Both the position numbers and the translations under genes were made by a program. Below the pieces are notes generated by a model. That model did no database searches, was not told the origin of the DNA, and worked only from the letters and a program-made list of their open reading frames with translations. From the NCBI GenBank assembly GCA_963843555.1, contig CAWJKV010000003.1, positions 1 through 64,000 on the forward strand: DNA of 64,000 nucleotides, in the 5' to 3' direction. The DNA comes from an uncultured Methanosarcinales archaeon. Lineage in GTDB: Archaea > Halobacteriota > Methanosarcinia > Methanotrichales > Methanotrichaceae. Of the stretch, positions 49,483 to 59,718 are shown piece after piece; the first letter of the stretch is position 1, and every line of letters starts with the position of its first letter.

Positions 49483-52014
49483 TCAAGATAACTCTTCCTT
49501 CAGCCCCTTTAGAAAGTGCCCCGTGGTGATGCCCCCCAAAGATCGTGCCCTGGCTTCTTCCTTCAGGGCCTGCAGATCCCTATCCCGCGTCGGTGATCCC
49601 GCTTGGGTGACCCTTATTGCTTTCTGGTAGATCTCCGTCATCTCCCGGGCATACTTTCGGGTTCTGCCGCGAGTGTCCACAGCAATGCCGTCCAGCCCTA
49701 TCCGGAAGACCTCGGGCAGGAGGTCCAAAAGGCAGGTCTCGACGGAGTTGAAGATGTGCGTCCTTCCTTCGTCATCCTGGCGTACAGGGAAGATGCGTTT
49801 GAAGTCCTGCAGGGCCCAGAAGTCTCCTGGATCGGGTTTTCCTTTTGCCAGGCAGGGAATGCAGTCCTCAGTGACCATTACCTCCAGGTTGCCCTGCACC
49901 AAGAGCTCCAGCTTCAGGACGCCGTCAATCTGGCAAGCAGCAGCGACGGTCCGGGCCAGTTGATCGCAAGAGAGTTCGGGCGAGAAAGTGAGGTGCTGAA
50001 GGTACGGTGCCAGTGCCTTAATCGTCATGTGGTTCCATACATTCAGGCCTGCAGCTCCATAAATGCGGGCCTCCGGCTTCGCCTCCAGGACGGCCTCAAT
50101 GGCGCCGATATTTTCCACCATGATCCCATCCACATCGACTTCATTGAGCAGATGCCGGGCAATCTTGAGGAAATCATCTCTGGTGATCTTGGGCCACTTC
50201 CAGATCAGCTCTGCGTCCGCCTTCTCGCAAATCTCTCTTGCCTCCTTGAGCAAAACCCTGGTCTCTCTGGCATGATCTACTTGACTTCCCAAAAATGGCT
50301 CGAAGTAGATGCGCCGGCATCCTCCCTCGATCGCTCCCTCTACCGCCTCCAGGCTGTCGGCATAGACTGCCAGCGCAGGGATGCGGCCATCCAGACCTTC
50401 TCCAATGTCCTGGCCGCAAGCCAGTCTCATCTCTTGCAGGCGTTCTCGCGCCCGTGCGACCAAATCTTTAGTCGGGCGATGCTTTTCCAGGAGGGCCTTC
50501 TCTGCTTTATCGAGAAGATCGCGGCGCAGCTGGTTCAGGGCTCCCAGTGGGGCGAAGAGGTCCCCAGGATAGTCCATATCTATCTTCCTGATGACGAAAG
50601 GCGTCCCGCCTGTCCGGCGCATCTGGGATTCGATCTGTTGCCGGGTTATGGGCTGATTTACTGCCTTCTCCATCTTGAATCTCGCTTTGACCTCCACGCG
50701 TTGGCCCGTCTCCAGCCTTCCCTCGACATGGCAGGTTCCGTTCGCAAAGGAGATGACGAGATCGATGGGAATCTCCACTTTGCCGGAGCTCGTGATCTCC
50801 TGCGCTCTTCTGGCGAGGCTTGTGCTGCCCGTAAGATAGACTCTGGCTCCCGGGCGCACTCTCTCCGGCGTCCTAAGCCGCACCAGGCCGTTTTTTTGGG
50901 CGGCGCTCTGCACGACCAGGCCCATCTCCTGGCCCGGAGCCTGGAAGACCAGGCCGTCGCCCCTTTCCGGTGCCAGGGGACCGCAAAGGCGAACCACTGC
51001 CTCGCCTCTTTGCAGGTCGTAAGAGGCGACGCTGCCCAAAAGAAAACCCTGATTGTCCGACGCCTTTCTGCCCATAACATCCCTGGCGCCGAGCAGGTGG
51101 CCTTCAGTAAAATCGCGGTTGAACGCCAGGGCCAGGTCCCTCTCCTCCTCCACTGACGCCGTCCATGAACCGCAGGCTATGGAGTCCAGAGCCTTTCTAT
51201 AAATGCTGGTGACGATGGCCACATACTCCGGGGACTTCATCCGTCCTTCGATCTTCAGCGACTGCACAGGCGAGCGGACGATCCTGTCCAGATGTCTGTA
51301 AACGGAAAGGTCGCGGGTGGATATGAGAAATCTCTCTTTTTGTGGCTCCGCAGCCAGGCTCGCCGGCCTCCCGTACTCGTCCTTCTTGCCGCGCAGCAGC
51401 ACGTATGGTTTGCGACAGGGCTGGGCGCACATTCCCCTGTTGCCGCTGCGCCCGCCAATGGCAGAGGAGAGGAGGCACTGCCCGGAGTAGCAATAGCAGA
51501 GCGCTCCGTGCACGAATACCTCCAGGCCCAATCCAGCGGCTCGCGTCTCTGACTCCCATTTTTTAATCTCTTCCAGGGTTACTTCTCTCGCCAGGACCGC
51601 TCTTTTAAATCCTGTTCGAGCGGCAAAAAGGACGCCCTCGCTGTTGTGGATAGTCATTTGCGTGGAGGCATGCTTTTCCAGCTCCGGCACAAGCAGTCCT
51701 GCCAGGGCCGCCGCTCCCAGATCCTGCAGCAGAATTGCGTCTGCGCCCATCTCGTAGAGCCGGATCAGGTATTCAGCAGCATCCAAGAGTTCTTCCTCTC
51801 TGATCAGAGTGTTGACGGTAACGTATACTCTAACGCCTCGCAGATGAGCGTAGTCAATAGCTTCTGCCAGGGCAGAATCATCGAAGTTTGCGGCAAATTT
51901 TCTGGCCCCAAATCTCTTGCCGCCAAGATATACGGCATCGGCTCCCGCAGCTATGGCTGAATGCAGTGCCTCGGGCGAGCCTGCGGGCGCGAGGAGTTCA
52001 GGCAGTTTTCTCAA
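49483..52014 (-). CDS. U32 family protein (RlhA/TrhP-like RNA hydroxylation family)
   Basis: PELLAPAG, HASTQMT, EVFVHGALC...SGQC, NRGMCAQPCR, KIEGRMK. Confidence 0.92.
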   Translation of the reverse strand: MRKLPELLAPAGSPEALHSAIAAGADAVYLGGKRFGARKFAANFDDSALAEAIDYAHLRGVRVYVTVNTLIREEELLDAAEYLIRLYEMGADAILLQDLGAAALAGLLVPELEKHASTQMTIHNSEGVLFAARTGFKRAVLAREVTLEEIKKWESETRAAGLGLEVFVHGALCYCYSGQCLLSSAIGGRSGNRGMCAQPCRKPYVLLRGKKDEYGRPASLAAEPQKERFLISTRDLSVYRHLDRIVRSPVQSLKIEGRMKSPEYVAIVTSIYRKALDSIACGSWTASVEEERDLALAFNRDFTEGHLLGARDVMGRKASDNQGFLLGSVASYDLQRGEAVVRLCGPLAPERGDGLVFQAPGQEMGLVVQSAAQKNGLVRLRTPERVRPGARVYLTGSTSLARRAQEITSSGKVEIPIDLVISFANGTCHVEGRLETGQRVEVKARFKMEKAVNQPITRQQIESQMRRTGGTPFVIRKIDMDYPGDLFAPLGALNQLRRDLLDKAEKALLEKHRPTKDLVARARERLQEMRLACGQDIGEGLDGRIPALAVYADSLEAVEGAIEGGCRRIYFEPFLGSQVDHARETRVLLKEAREICEKADAELIWKWPKITRDDFLKIARHLLNEVDVDGIMVENIGAIEAVLEAKPEARIYGAAGLNVWNHMTIKALAPYLQHLTFSPELSCDQLARTVAAACQIDGVLKLELLVQGNLEVMVTEDCIPCLAKGKPDPGDFWALQDFKRIFPVRQDDEGRTHIFNSVETCLLDLLPEVFRIGLDGIAVDTRGRTRKYAREMTEIYQKAIRVTQAGSPTRDRDLQALKEEARARSLGGITTGHFLKGLKEELS

Positions 52015-52101
52015 TGTCGATCGATCATATCAGAAGCCGAGCCAGTTGATAAGCCCTCGCCAAGGAAACCTATGTACCTTATGGAGTACGATTATTGACA
52101 T

Positions 52102-52698
52102 ATGCCACCCAACGCAGTGATCAAGAGCCCTGATACGCAAAGGTCTTCCAGAGTGCCTCCAGGCCAGAGGCTGACTGAATACTGGCCTGTCCTTCATTAT
52201 GGAAACGTTCCCAGAATAAACCCGGAAGAGTGGCGCCTCAGACTGTTCGGCCTGGTGGAAAAAGAGCGCAATCTCAGCCTGCAGGAGTTCAGGGCTCTGC
52301 CGCAGGCCAGTGTCCTCTCGGATGTGCATTGCGTTACAGGCTGGTCCAGGCTCGACAACCTCTGGGAAGGGCTGCCGGCGGTTGCCATAAGAGAGCTGGT
52401 GAAGATTCTTCCGGGGGCCGGATTTGCCATCATTCATGCCTGGGGAGACTTCACCACCAACCTCACCCTGGATGACTTCTTCCAGGAAGATGTCATACTG
52501 GCAGCCAAACACAATGGCCTGGAGATATCTCCTGAACACGGCTATCCTGTGCGCCTCGTCGTACCCAGGCTTTACTTCTGGAAGAGTGCTAAATGGATAA
52601 CGGGCGTGGAGTTCACATCCGAGGACCGACCGGGCTTCTGGGAGAGCCATGGTTACCACAATCGGGGCGATCCCTGGAAAGAAGAGCGCTACGGATGA
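52102..52698 (+). CDS. Sulfite-oxidase-like molybdopterin oxidoreductase
   Basis: PPGQ, DVHCVTGWS, HGYPVRLVVPRLYFWKSAKW, GFWE. Confidence 0.9.
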   Translation: MPPNAVIKSPDTQRSSRVPPGQRLTEYWPVLHYGNVPRINPEEWRLRLFGLVEKERNLSLQEFRALPQASVLSDVHCVTGWSRLDNLWEGLPAVAIRELVKILPGAGFAIIHAWGDFTTNLTLDDFFQEDVILAAKHNGLEISPEHGYPVRLVVPRLYFWKSAKWITGVEFTSEDRPGFWESHGYHNRGDPWKEERYG

Positions 52699-52752
52699 GG
52701 ATAGAATAAGGATATACGGGTTATTTATTGGATAAGATCCCATTATATTCTG

Positions 52753-53775
52753 GTGAATGTGATGAAGAGCGCTAACATAATACTCGTTCTAATGGCCCTC
52801 ATTCTGCTCTCCTCAGGAGGGCAGGCATTGAGGACCTTTTCCGGGGACACGATTTCTATAGACACGCCCATAGAGGATGATGTTTTCGCCGCAGGCAGCA
52901 TAGTGAGCATCAATGCCCCAGTGGACTCGGCAATAGTCGCAGGCGGCACGGTGAATGTCAATGCTCCGGTGAAAGGTGACCTCATTGCTGCAGGGGGCCA
53001 GGTCAATGTGAACTCTGATGTGGGCGGGAAGGTGGTAGCAGCGGGAGGAAATGTTATCCTGGGTGGCAACATTGGCACCAATCTTGTGGCCGCAGGTGGC
53101 CAGGTGAGCATACTTCACGACAAGATCATTGCCAGAGATGCTCTCATCGCTGGCGGCAATGTGGTCAACGCCGGCCATGTTAACGGCACCTTGACAGTTC
53201 GCGCCGATAATTTCACCAATACCGGCTCAGCCGGAAGGGTGGACTTCTACCAGACAGAGAGTAAGGCCCCGAAAGGAGACGAGGACCGGGGAATGTTCAA
53301 TGTCTTCACCCTTCTGATCATTCTTGGCTACTTCATTCTGGGATTGATCCTGGTGAAATATCTCCCCGGCATCTTCATGGCAGTGGATAGCGAGATTCGC
53401 AGCTCTGCCTTACTCAAGACCATCCTTGGGTTCGTCATGATCATTGCCTCGTTTATTGCCGTGCTTCTGGTGGCCATAACCATGGTTGGTTTGCCGATCG
53501 CTCTGATCTCATTTCTCCTCATACTTGCCGCCCTGATGCTCAGTGGCACCTTTGTCTCCTTCAGCCTGGGCAAATGGATTGGCGAGCAAAGGAAGATCAA
53601 GCAGGGAGACCTGGTCCTCTTCACATTGGGTTTCGTTATCCTTAATGTGCTCTTCCTGGTGCCATATGTTGGCGGTCTGATCTCTTTGATCTCCATGAGT
53701 CTGGGATTTGCGGCTCTCCTTTACGCTGCACGCCGCTTCTTAAGAACAGATAAGGTTACAGCCATAGCAAAATAG
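52753..53775 (+). CDS. Membrane protein with bactofilin-like beta-helix repeats and C-terminal TM bundle
   Basis: Signal peptide; repeated GD(L/V)xAAGGxVxV; several TMs. Confidence 0.78.
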   Translation: MNVMKSANIILVLMALILLSSGGQALRTFSGDTISIDTPIEDDVFAAGSIVSINAPVDSAIVAGGTVNVNAPVKGDLIAAGGQVNVNSDVGGKVVAAGGNVILGGNIGTNLVAAGGQVSILHDKIIARDALIAGGNVVNAGHVNGTLTVRADNFTNTGSAGRVDFYQTESKAPKGDEDRGMFNVFTLLIILGYFILGLILVKYLPGIFMAVDSEIRSSALLKTILGFVMIIASFIAVLLVAITMVGLPIALISFLLILAALMLSGTFVSFSLGKWIGEQRKIKQGDLVLFTLGFVILNVLFLVPYVGGLISLISMSLGFAALLYAARRFLRTDKVTAIAK

Positions 53776-53884
53776 TGCGCCAATAGAGACGCTTTTGCGG
53801 GCCCAACAAGGACCCGCAAACATTATTTGCGCTGCAAGACGATAGTTATATGTTCCGATCTTGTTGTGCGAGAGTGGTGAAGTC

Positions 53885-54673
53885 TTGAAACTGGTAGTAT
53901 TCTACAATGGCGAGTTTGGCCTGAGAGTGGTGGGAAACCTCATCAATTACTCGGGATTTTGCATATCCTGCGGTGAGGCCTGCTCTCTATGCCGTAATGT
54001 TCGGCCGGGTTATGCCGAGAACATAGTATCCCTGGTGGAGATGCCCGATCCTGCGACTTTGGGCGACTTTATTGATGATGTGGATCCACTTCTTCCCAAG
54101 GATATCCCGGCAGCGGATATCGCCCTGGTGATCAATGTCCATCCCGACATACTCTTCGGCCTGCTTCCCAAATTGAAAGAGGCGGGCGTAAAGGGCATAG
54201 TGGGAGGCTCGGAATCGCCCCGCGATCTTCCTTTGGGCCAGAGGAAGCAGCTGGAGGAGAAGGCAGCTGAGCTGGGAATGGAGGCCGCCTTCGCCAAGCC
54301 TTTCTGCGCTCTTCGCCCGGACCCCAGCAAGCCCAACATCTATGCCTTCCTCAATGAAGCAGGGATAGGAGACCCTGTAATCGATGTGACTCTGCAGAAA
54401 AGCCGGGAGGGCAAAGAGCACATTCTGGCGGCCAACGTTGTCAGGTCAGCACCTTGCGGATCAACCTGGTTTGTGGCCAAACGCCTTCTGGGGCTGGAGC
54501 CTGATCAGCCCGACATCAGGGAGAGGATCTCTGAAGCGCATCATGCCTACCCTTGCACCGGGTCGATGGAGCGGGACACTGAAATTGGCGATACCGTCCT
54601 GCATAAGGGCGGCTACATCATCCGCGATGCCGTGGAGGATGCTTTCAAGAGAGCGAAACGCCAGGAGGCGTAA
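53885..54673 (+). CDS. DUF166 family protein
   Basis: HPDIL, KPFCAL, RSAPCGSTW, HHAYPCTGSM, LHKGG; TTG start uncertain. Confidence 0.72.
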   Translation: MKLVVFYNGEFGLRVVGNLINYSGFCISCGEACSLCRNVRPGYAENIVSLVEMPDPATLGDFIDDVDPLLPKDIPAADIALVINVHPDILFGLLPKLKEAGVKGIVGGSESPRDLPLGQRKQLEEKAAELGMEAAFAKPFCALRPDPSKPNIYAFLNEAGIGDPVIDVTLQKSREGKEHILAANVVRSAPCGSTWFVAKRLLGLEPDQPDIRERISEAHHAYPCTGSMERDTEIGDTVLHKGGYIIRDAVEDAFKRAKRQEA

Positions 54674-54695
54674 GCCCAAAACCTTTTTGCCGTGA

Positions 54696-55208
54696 ATGAG
54701 ATTCATAATGAATATGTCATCAAGAGATCTCATGTTCTCCATTCTCATGATACCATCGTCTGGAGAGACGCAATCTGCCGGCTATTGGCTGGAAAAGGGA
54801 AATGAGCTATGCAACTCAGGGCAGATGGAAGAGGCGATCAAGGCTTACGAATTCGCCTTGAGCCTTGATCCAACGCTGATCGATGCCCAGAACAACAAGG
54901 GCCTCATCCTCGCCAATGAGAATCGCCTGGCAGAGGCTCTGCAATGCTTCGATGAAGTCCTTAAGATCTCACCCCGACATGCCTATACTCTGAACAACAA
55001 AGGCATGGTTCTAGCTCAGCAAAAGAAGTATCAAGAAGCTCTGGACTGCTTTGAAGCCGCTCTCGTCGTGGATCCCTATTTTGCCGGTGCCTGGTACAAT
55101 AAGGCTCTGGTCATGCAATGCCTTGGTCGGGACAGGGAGGCCATGGCTGCAATGAAGACCGCCGATACGCTGGAGGGAAAGGCTGGAGGATGCAGGCGAA
55201 GAGGCTAG
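54696..55208 (+). CDS. TPR-repeat protein
   Basis: Four TPRs (NNKGLIL, NNKGMVL, WYNKAL); start uncertain. Confidence 0.8.
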   Translation: MRFIMNMSSRDLMFSILMIPSSGETQSAGYWLEKGNELCNSGQMEEAIKAYEFALSLDPTLIDAQNNKGLILANENRLAEALQCFDEVLKISPRHAYTLNNKGMVLAQQKKYQEALDCFEAALVVDPYFAGAWYNKALVMQCLGRDREAMAAMKTADTLEGKAGGCRRRG

Positions 55209-55403
55209 ATCGACAAAGCCATGGAAGAGATCCCTTCTCTTTCTCATGAGACAGTTGAACGTGCCTAAATAGGGGGGCCGGGCAGGATATTCCTCTTTGC
55301 AGCAATATGGTGGCACTGCTAACATAAATATCAATAGAATTAAAAAAATATTTTAGTTATCAAATTTCGAAATGTGATTGACTTGCCTTCTGCCATCCTG
55401 CAA

Positions 55404-55841
55404 TTATCCTAATTCGATTATCGGTCTTGGTTTCATACGTTCTCTCATCCTCTTAATTGTTACAGCGGGGTCGTTTTTTTTCGCGGTTACCCAATCCATT
55501 CTGCTCCATTGTTTGTTCTTTGCGTCAACAAAGATCACATTCGCATTCATTGGCAAAGCTACAAGTGCGTCATAATTCACGAATAATTTTCCCTCTATAT
55601 TCATTTGAGGCACATCTGGTCCTATCACTCCTGCAGGCATCTCCCACTCAAATCCTTCTGGCTCGACGCAGGGCAACCAGCTTCCAGTTGTTGGATCACC
55701 AGGAGGCCTTATATTCACTGTTCCACAAACATAGCACAAGCACTTTTTGTTATTCCCTGCAAACTCTACAGGAAATTTGCAGTGGAAACATTGATATCCA
55801 CCCATTGCCTTTGCTTTCGCTTCTTCATCTGCCATCTCCAT
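55404..55841 (-). CDS. Hypothetical protein with N-terminal Zn ribbon
   Basis: CFHC...CYVCG; GGAGG RBS. Confidence 0.7.
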   Translation of the reverse strand: MEMADEEAKAKAMGGYQCFHCKFPVEFAGNNKKCLCYVCGTVNIRPPGDPTTGSWLPCVEPEGFEWEMPAGVIGPDVPQMNIEGKLFVNYDALVALPMNANVIFVDAKNKQWSRMDWVTAKKNDPAVTIKRMRERMKPRPIIELG

Positions 55842-55888
55842 ACCTCCGTATTAATTTTGAATTGGAGTTGAATTCGTAGACTATTCTC

Positions 55889-56407
55889 TTAGGTCAAATT
55901 GACATTGGTCCCATTGACATTGGTCGCATTAATGTTGGTCGCATTGATCTTGGTTGCATTAACGCTGGTCTCATTGACTGCGGTCTCATTAACTGGATTA
56001 AGAAAATCCTCTATAGTCTGTCCGGGTTGGGTCGTGGTAACATTTTCCGAATTAAGAAATGCATCAATAGAGGATCCGGCCTGTATATTGAATATCTGGC
56101 TCTTGGCATCGCTATGAAACGATTCGTTTGTATTTGGGAAAAGTTGTGGCACCGAGTCAATGAAATCCTGTGTGGCATTCTTGCTCAATATATCATCATC
56201 GACCTGCGGTTCTAAGAAGTGCTTTCCTTTCAATATGTTTTGGTTTGCAAATGCGTCTGTCTTGAATACGGACGCATTTACTCCGTGAGTATTCACCACA
56301 GGTTTCTCGGGCTCTACTGCTTTTCTCACCACATCCGCTGGTGTCAATGCACCAACTACCATCATCATTACCAATCCGATGATTACTAATTCTATTATTT
56401 TTTTCAT
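55889..56407 (-). CDS. Secreted protein with C-terminal N-x-T pentapeptide repeats
   Basis: Signal peptide; VNETA VNETS VNATK INATN INATN VNGTN VNLT. Confidence 0.75.
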   Translation of the reverse strand: MKKIIELVIIGLVMMMVVGALTPADVVRKAVEPEKPVVNTHGVNASVFKTDAFANQNILKGKHFLEPQVDDDILSKNATQDFIDSVPQLFPNTNESFHSDAKSQIFNIQAGSSIDAFLNSENVTTTQPGQTIEDFLNPVNETAVNETSVNATKINATNINATNVNGTNVNLT

Positions 56408-56818
56408 TCTGCACTCCCCCTCGTGTTCCTTACCAATTTTGCGGAATTGAGGAGCTTGATGAATTCAAGAGCCTTGCTCACTTCCGATTTGAGAAAGTTG
56501 ATGCGAGGCCCAACCCAGCATTCTGATTTGGGCAAATGTCAATTGAATTTGCCTCGAAATCCTTGCATCAACTCCTTTGGATCCTGCAATTATCTTGTTC
56601 CTAAACTATTTATAGTATACGACCACAAAACCCGATTTTAAGAAAGAAAGATAAGAATCATGCATACTAATTTACATTCTCAAAGTTCTTGATTGGCGAA
56701 ATAGCTAATAAAGCAAATTTTATTAGATTTGTGTTCTGGATCGAACTCCGTTCCCATTTTCTTTTTTGAAACTCCACCTTCCAAAAGGCAAATAAACTTG
56801 CACGCCCTCGCCCCCCCC

Positions 56819-58335
56819 ATGTCCCGCTTTCTCGTGGTCCTCGGCACCACCTCCCACTCCGGCAAGAGCACGCTTGTCGCCGCCCTCTGCCGCCTTCTCT
56901 CCGATCGCGGCTTTAGGGTCGCGCCCTTCAAGTCCCAGAACATGAGCCTCAACTCCTGGGTGACCCAGAACGGCTGCGGAGATCGGCATCGCTCAGGCGG
57001 TGCAGGCCTGGGCGGCCCGGGCGGAGCCGAACGAGTTCATGAATCCCATCCTCCTCAAGCCCAAGGGCGACCGCACCTCTCAGGTCATAGTCCTGGGCAG
57101 GCCCGTGGCCGACAAATCGGCAGAGGAGTACTATCGGGAGATCGAAGGGCTCAAGGAGGTGGTGGACCGATCAATCAAAGAGCTGGAGAAGGACTACGAC
57201 TACATAGTAGTAGAAGGCGCGGGCGGAGCGGCGGAGATCAACCTCTATCGATCGGGATATCGCCAATATCTACGTGGCCCGCTCCTGCAGGCCCCCATAA
57301 TCCTGGTCGGGGATATCGAGCGGGGCGGCGTCTTCGCCAGCCTTTTCGGCACGGTGCAGCTTCTGCCCGAGGACATCCGGCCACTGGTTAAGGGCCTGGT
57401 GATCAACAAATTCCGGGGCGATCCTGCCATTTTCGGATCCGGCCTGAAGACGCTGGAAGAGCTCACCGGCGTTCCCGTGCTGGGCGTCATGCCCTATCTC
57501 GATCTGGACATACCATCCGAGGACTCTGTCTCTTTGGGCGACAAGAAGGCCCGGCCTTCGCGGCGAGCGGTCGAGATCGCCGTGATCAGGCTGCCGCGCA
57601 TCAGCAACTTCACCGACTTCGAGCCCCTGGAACGGCAGGCGCGTGTTCGGTACGTGAACCTCTCGGACGAATCCCTGGGCCATCCGGATGCGGTGATCAT
57701 TCCCGGCACCAAGAACACCGTCTCCGATCTGCGAGGAGATGCAGGAAAAGGGCATGGCCGATCAGATAAAATCCCTGCCGGACACTCCGGTCCTGGGCAT
57801 CTGCGGAGGCTACCAGATGCTGGGCCGGGAGATCATCGACTGCGGCATTGAGGACACCGTGGGAACCGTCCCCGGTCTGGGTCTGCTGGATGCTGTGACC
57901 CGCTTCGACCTTTATGAGAAGAGGACGGTGCAGGTGAAAAAGACGGTCACGGGCGGCGGCCCCATCCTGGAGCCGATCCGCGGCCAAATGGTCACAGGCT
58001 ACGAGATTCACATGGGTGTGACCAGCCCCGAGGGGAGGCAGCCTTCGGAGACGACGGCGCTGTATCAGAGAACGGAATGGTGATCGGCACCTACCTGCAT
58101 GGAATCTTCGAGAATGAGAACTTCCGCAATGCTTTTCTCGATTTCCTCCGCCGCCGCAAAAATTCGGGCCAGGACAGAATTGTTCCCAGCGAATGGCGGC
58201 CGCAGAAGGGAGACGGCTTTGCGGAGCTGGCCGCGGCTGTAGAGGCAAACTTGGATATGGAGAAGATCTGGCGGATGCTTGACCTGGATTGCTGCAATAT
58301 CTTTTTCAGCCGGCAGGCATTCGTTCTACAACTGA
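56819..58335 (+). CDS. cobQ: Cobyric acid synthase (several frameshifts; end approximate)
   Basis: [68 protein letters not shown]. Confidence 0.9.
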
Positions 58336-59030
58336 TGAAACTGGGCGTGCTCTTCTCCGGCGGCAAGGACTCGGTCTTTGCCTGCCGCCGGGCCATGGAA
58401 AAGAACCAGGTAGCCTGCCTGATAACTCTGGTCTCGGAGAACCCGGACAGCTACATGTTCCACACGCCCAACATTCGCCGCACCGACCTGCAGGCGAAGG
58501 CCATGGGCATTCCCCTGCTCACCTGGCCCACGCACGGCGTCAAAGAGGAGGAGCTGGAGGACCTGTCGGCTGCCGTAGCCGCCGCCCGGGAGAGATACGG
58601 CATCCAGGGAATCGTCACCGGAGCCATCGAGTCCGTCTACCAGGCGGCGCGTGTGCAGAGGATCTGCCGCGACCAGGATCTCTGGTGCTATAATCCCCTC
58701 TGGCAGACAAATCAGATCGATTACCTCCGGCAGGCTTTTAAAGGAAGACTTTTCCGATCATCATCTCCGGGGTCTATGCCTATCCCTTCGATGCCTCCTG
58801 GCTGGGCGCACGAGTTGACGGAGGAGCGCATCCAAATGCTGGAGCGGCTCCAGCAAAAATACAAGATAAATCCCTCAGGCGAGGGCGGGGAGCTGGAGAC
58901 CTTCGTCCTGGACGGCCCCATCTTCCAGAAGAGAATCGAGATCCTGAAGGCATCCCAGAGCTATGCCAACTACCGGGGGCAGTTTGTCATAGAAGAGATG
59001 CAGCTGGTGGAGAAACCAGTGAGGAAATGA
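58335..59030 (+). CDS. dph6: Diphthine-ammonia ligase (compensating frameshifts ~58740-58805)
   Basis: LFSGGKDS, DSYMFH, GAIESVYQ, PLWQ, GEGGELETFVLDGP. Confidence 0.88.
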   Translation: MKLGVLFSGGKDSVFACRRAMEKNQVACLITLVSENPDSYMFHTPNIRRTDLQAKAMGIPLLTWPTHGVKEEELEDLSAAVAAARERYGIQGIVTGAIESVYQAARVQRICRDQDLWCYNPLWQTNQIDYLRQAFKGRLFRSSSPGSMPIPSMPPGWAHELTEERIQMLERLQQKYKINPSGEGGELETFVLDGPIFQKRIEILKASQSYANYRGQFVIEEMQLVEKPVRK

Positions 59031-59094
59031 GTCCGGAAATTGAAGGGAAATTCCGGATAACGAAGGCAAATTCCAAGGAATGATGCATAGGAAG

Positions 59095-59650
59095 GGCGCA
59101 TCCTCCTGGTTGACCTGTGCTTCGAAAAAGACTCCCTATCCCAGTACGAATTTGTCCATCCCATTAGAGATACGCTGCAAAAATTGGGCTTTCTCTGCAA
59201 CATTTTGCATTATACCGAGGTCAAGCCGCAGGCTCTTGCCAACCACGATAAAATTATCCTCTGCGGAACGAGCCTGTTGGACAATGTTTATGCCGAGCAT
59301 TTGCAGCTCTTCTCCTGGATAAAGGATTTGAAAAAGCCCATTTTGGGCATCTGCGCCGGCATGCAGGTTATCAGCGCCGTTCTATGGTGGATCGATAGTG
59401 CCAAATCATGCTATCGGCCTGGAAGAGATAGAGATCGTCAGGGCTTCACCGCTGCTGGGCGAGCCGCGGCAGATAGAAGGCTATCATCTTCATAACTATG
59501 CAGTGACATTGCCGGAGGGATTCATGCTTCTGGCGGGAGAACCTTGATGCCGTCGAGGCTTTCCAGCACCGCACCCATCCCACTTACGGCATTATATTTC
59601 ATCCTGAAGTGCGAAACCGGTGGATATTGGAGCGCTTTGCCAATCTTTGA
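59095..59650 (+). CDS. Class I glutamine amidotransferase (frameshifted, start uncertain)
   Basis: ILLVDL, KIILCGT, PILGICAGMQ, YGIIFHPEV across frames. Confidence 0.7.
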
Positions 59651-59718
59651 TGAAGTCTGCCGGAAACCCCTTTCCTTCGAAACCGATTTATGTAATGAAT
59701 CATCACTATTAGCGCGCT

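Noticed and set aside
26595..51156. Long antisense ORFs (26595..27440, 30220..31332, 38747..39883, 45079..45918, 49603..51156)
   Set aside because: Shadow frames of well-supported genes in GC-rich coding DNA, with no motifs
58077..59030. CobQ-Dph6 fusion protein
   Set aside because: The region is indel-rich and a TGATG overlap sits at the dph6 start; the in-frame join is probably an artefact
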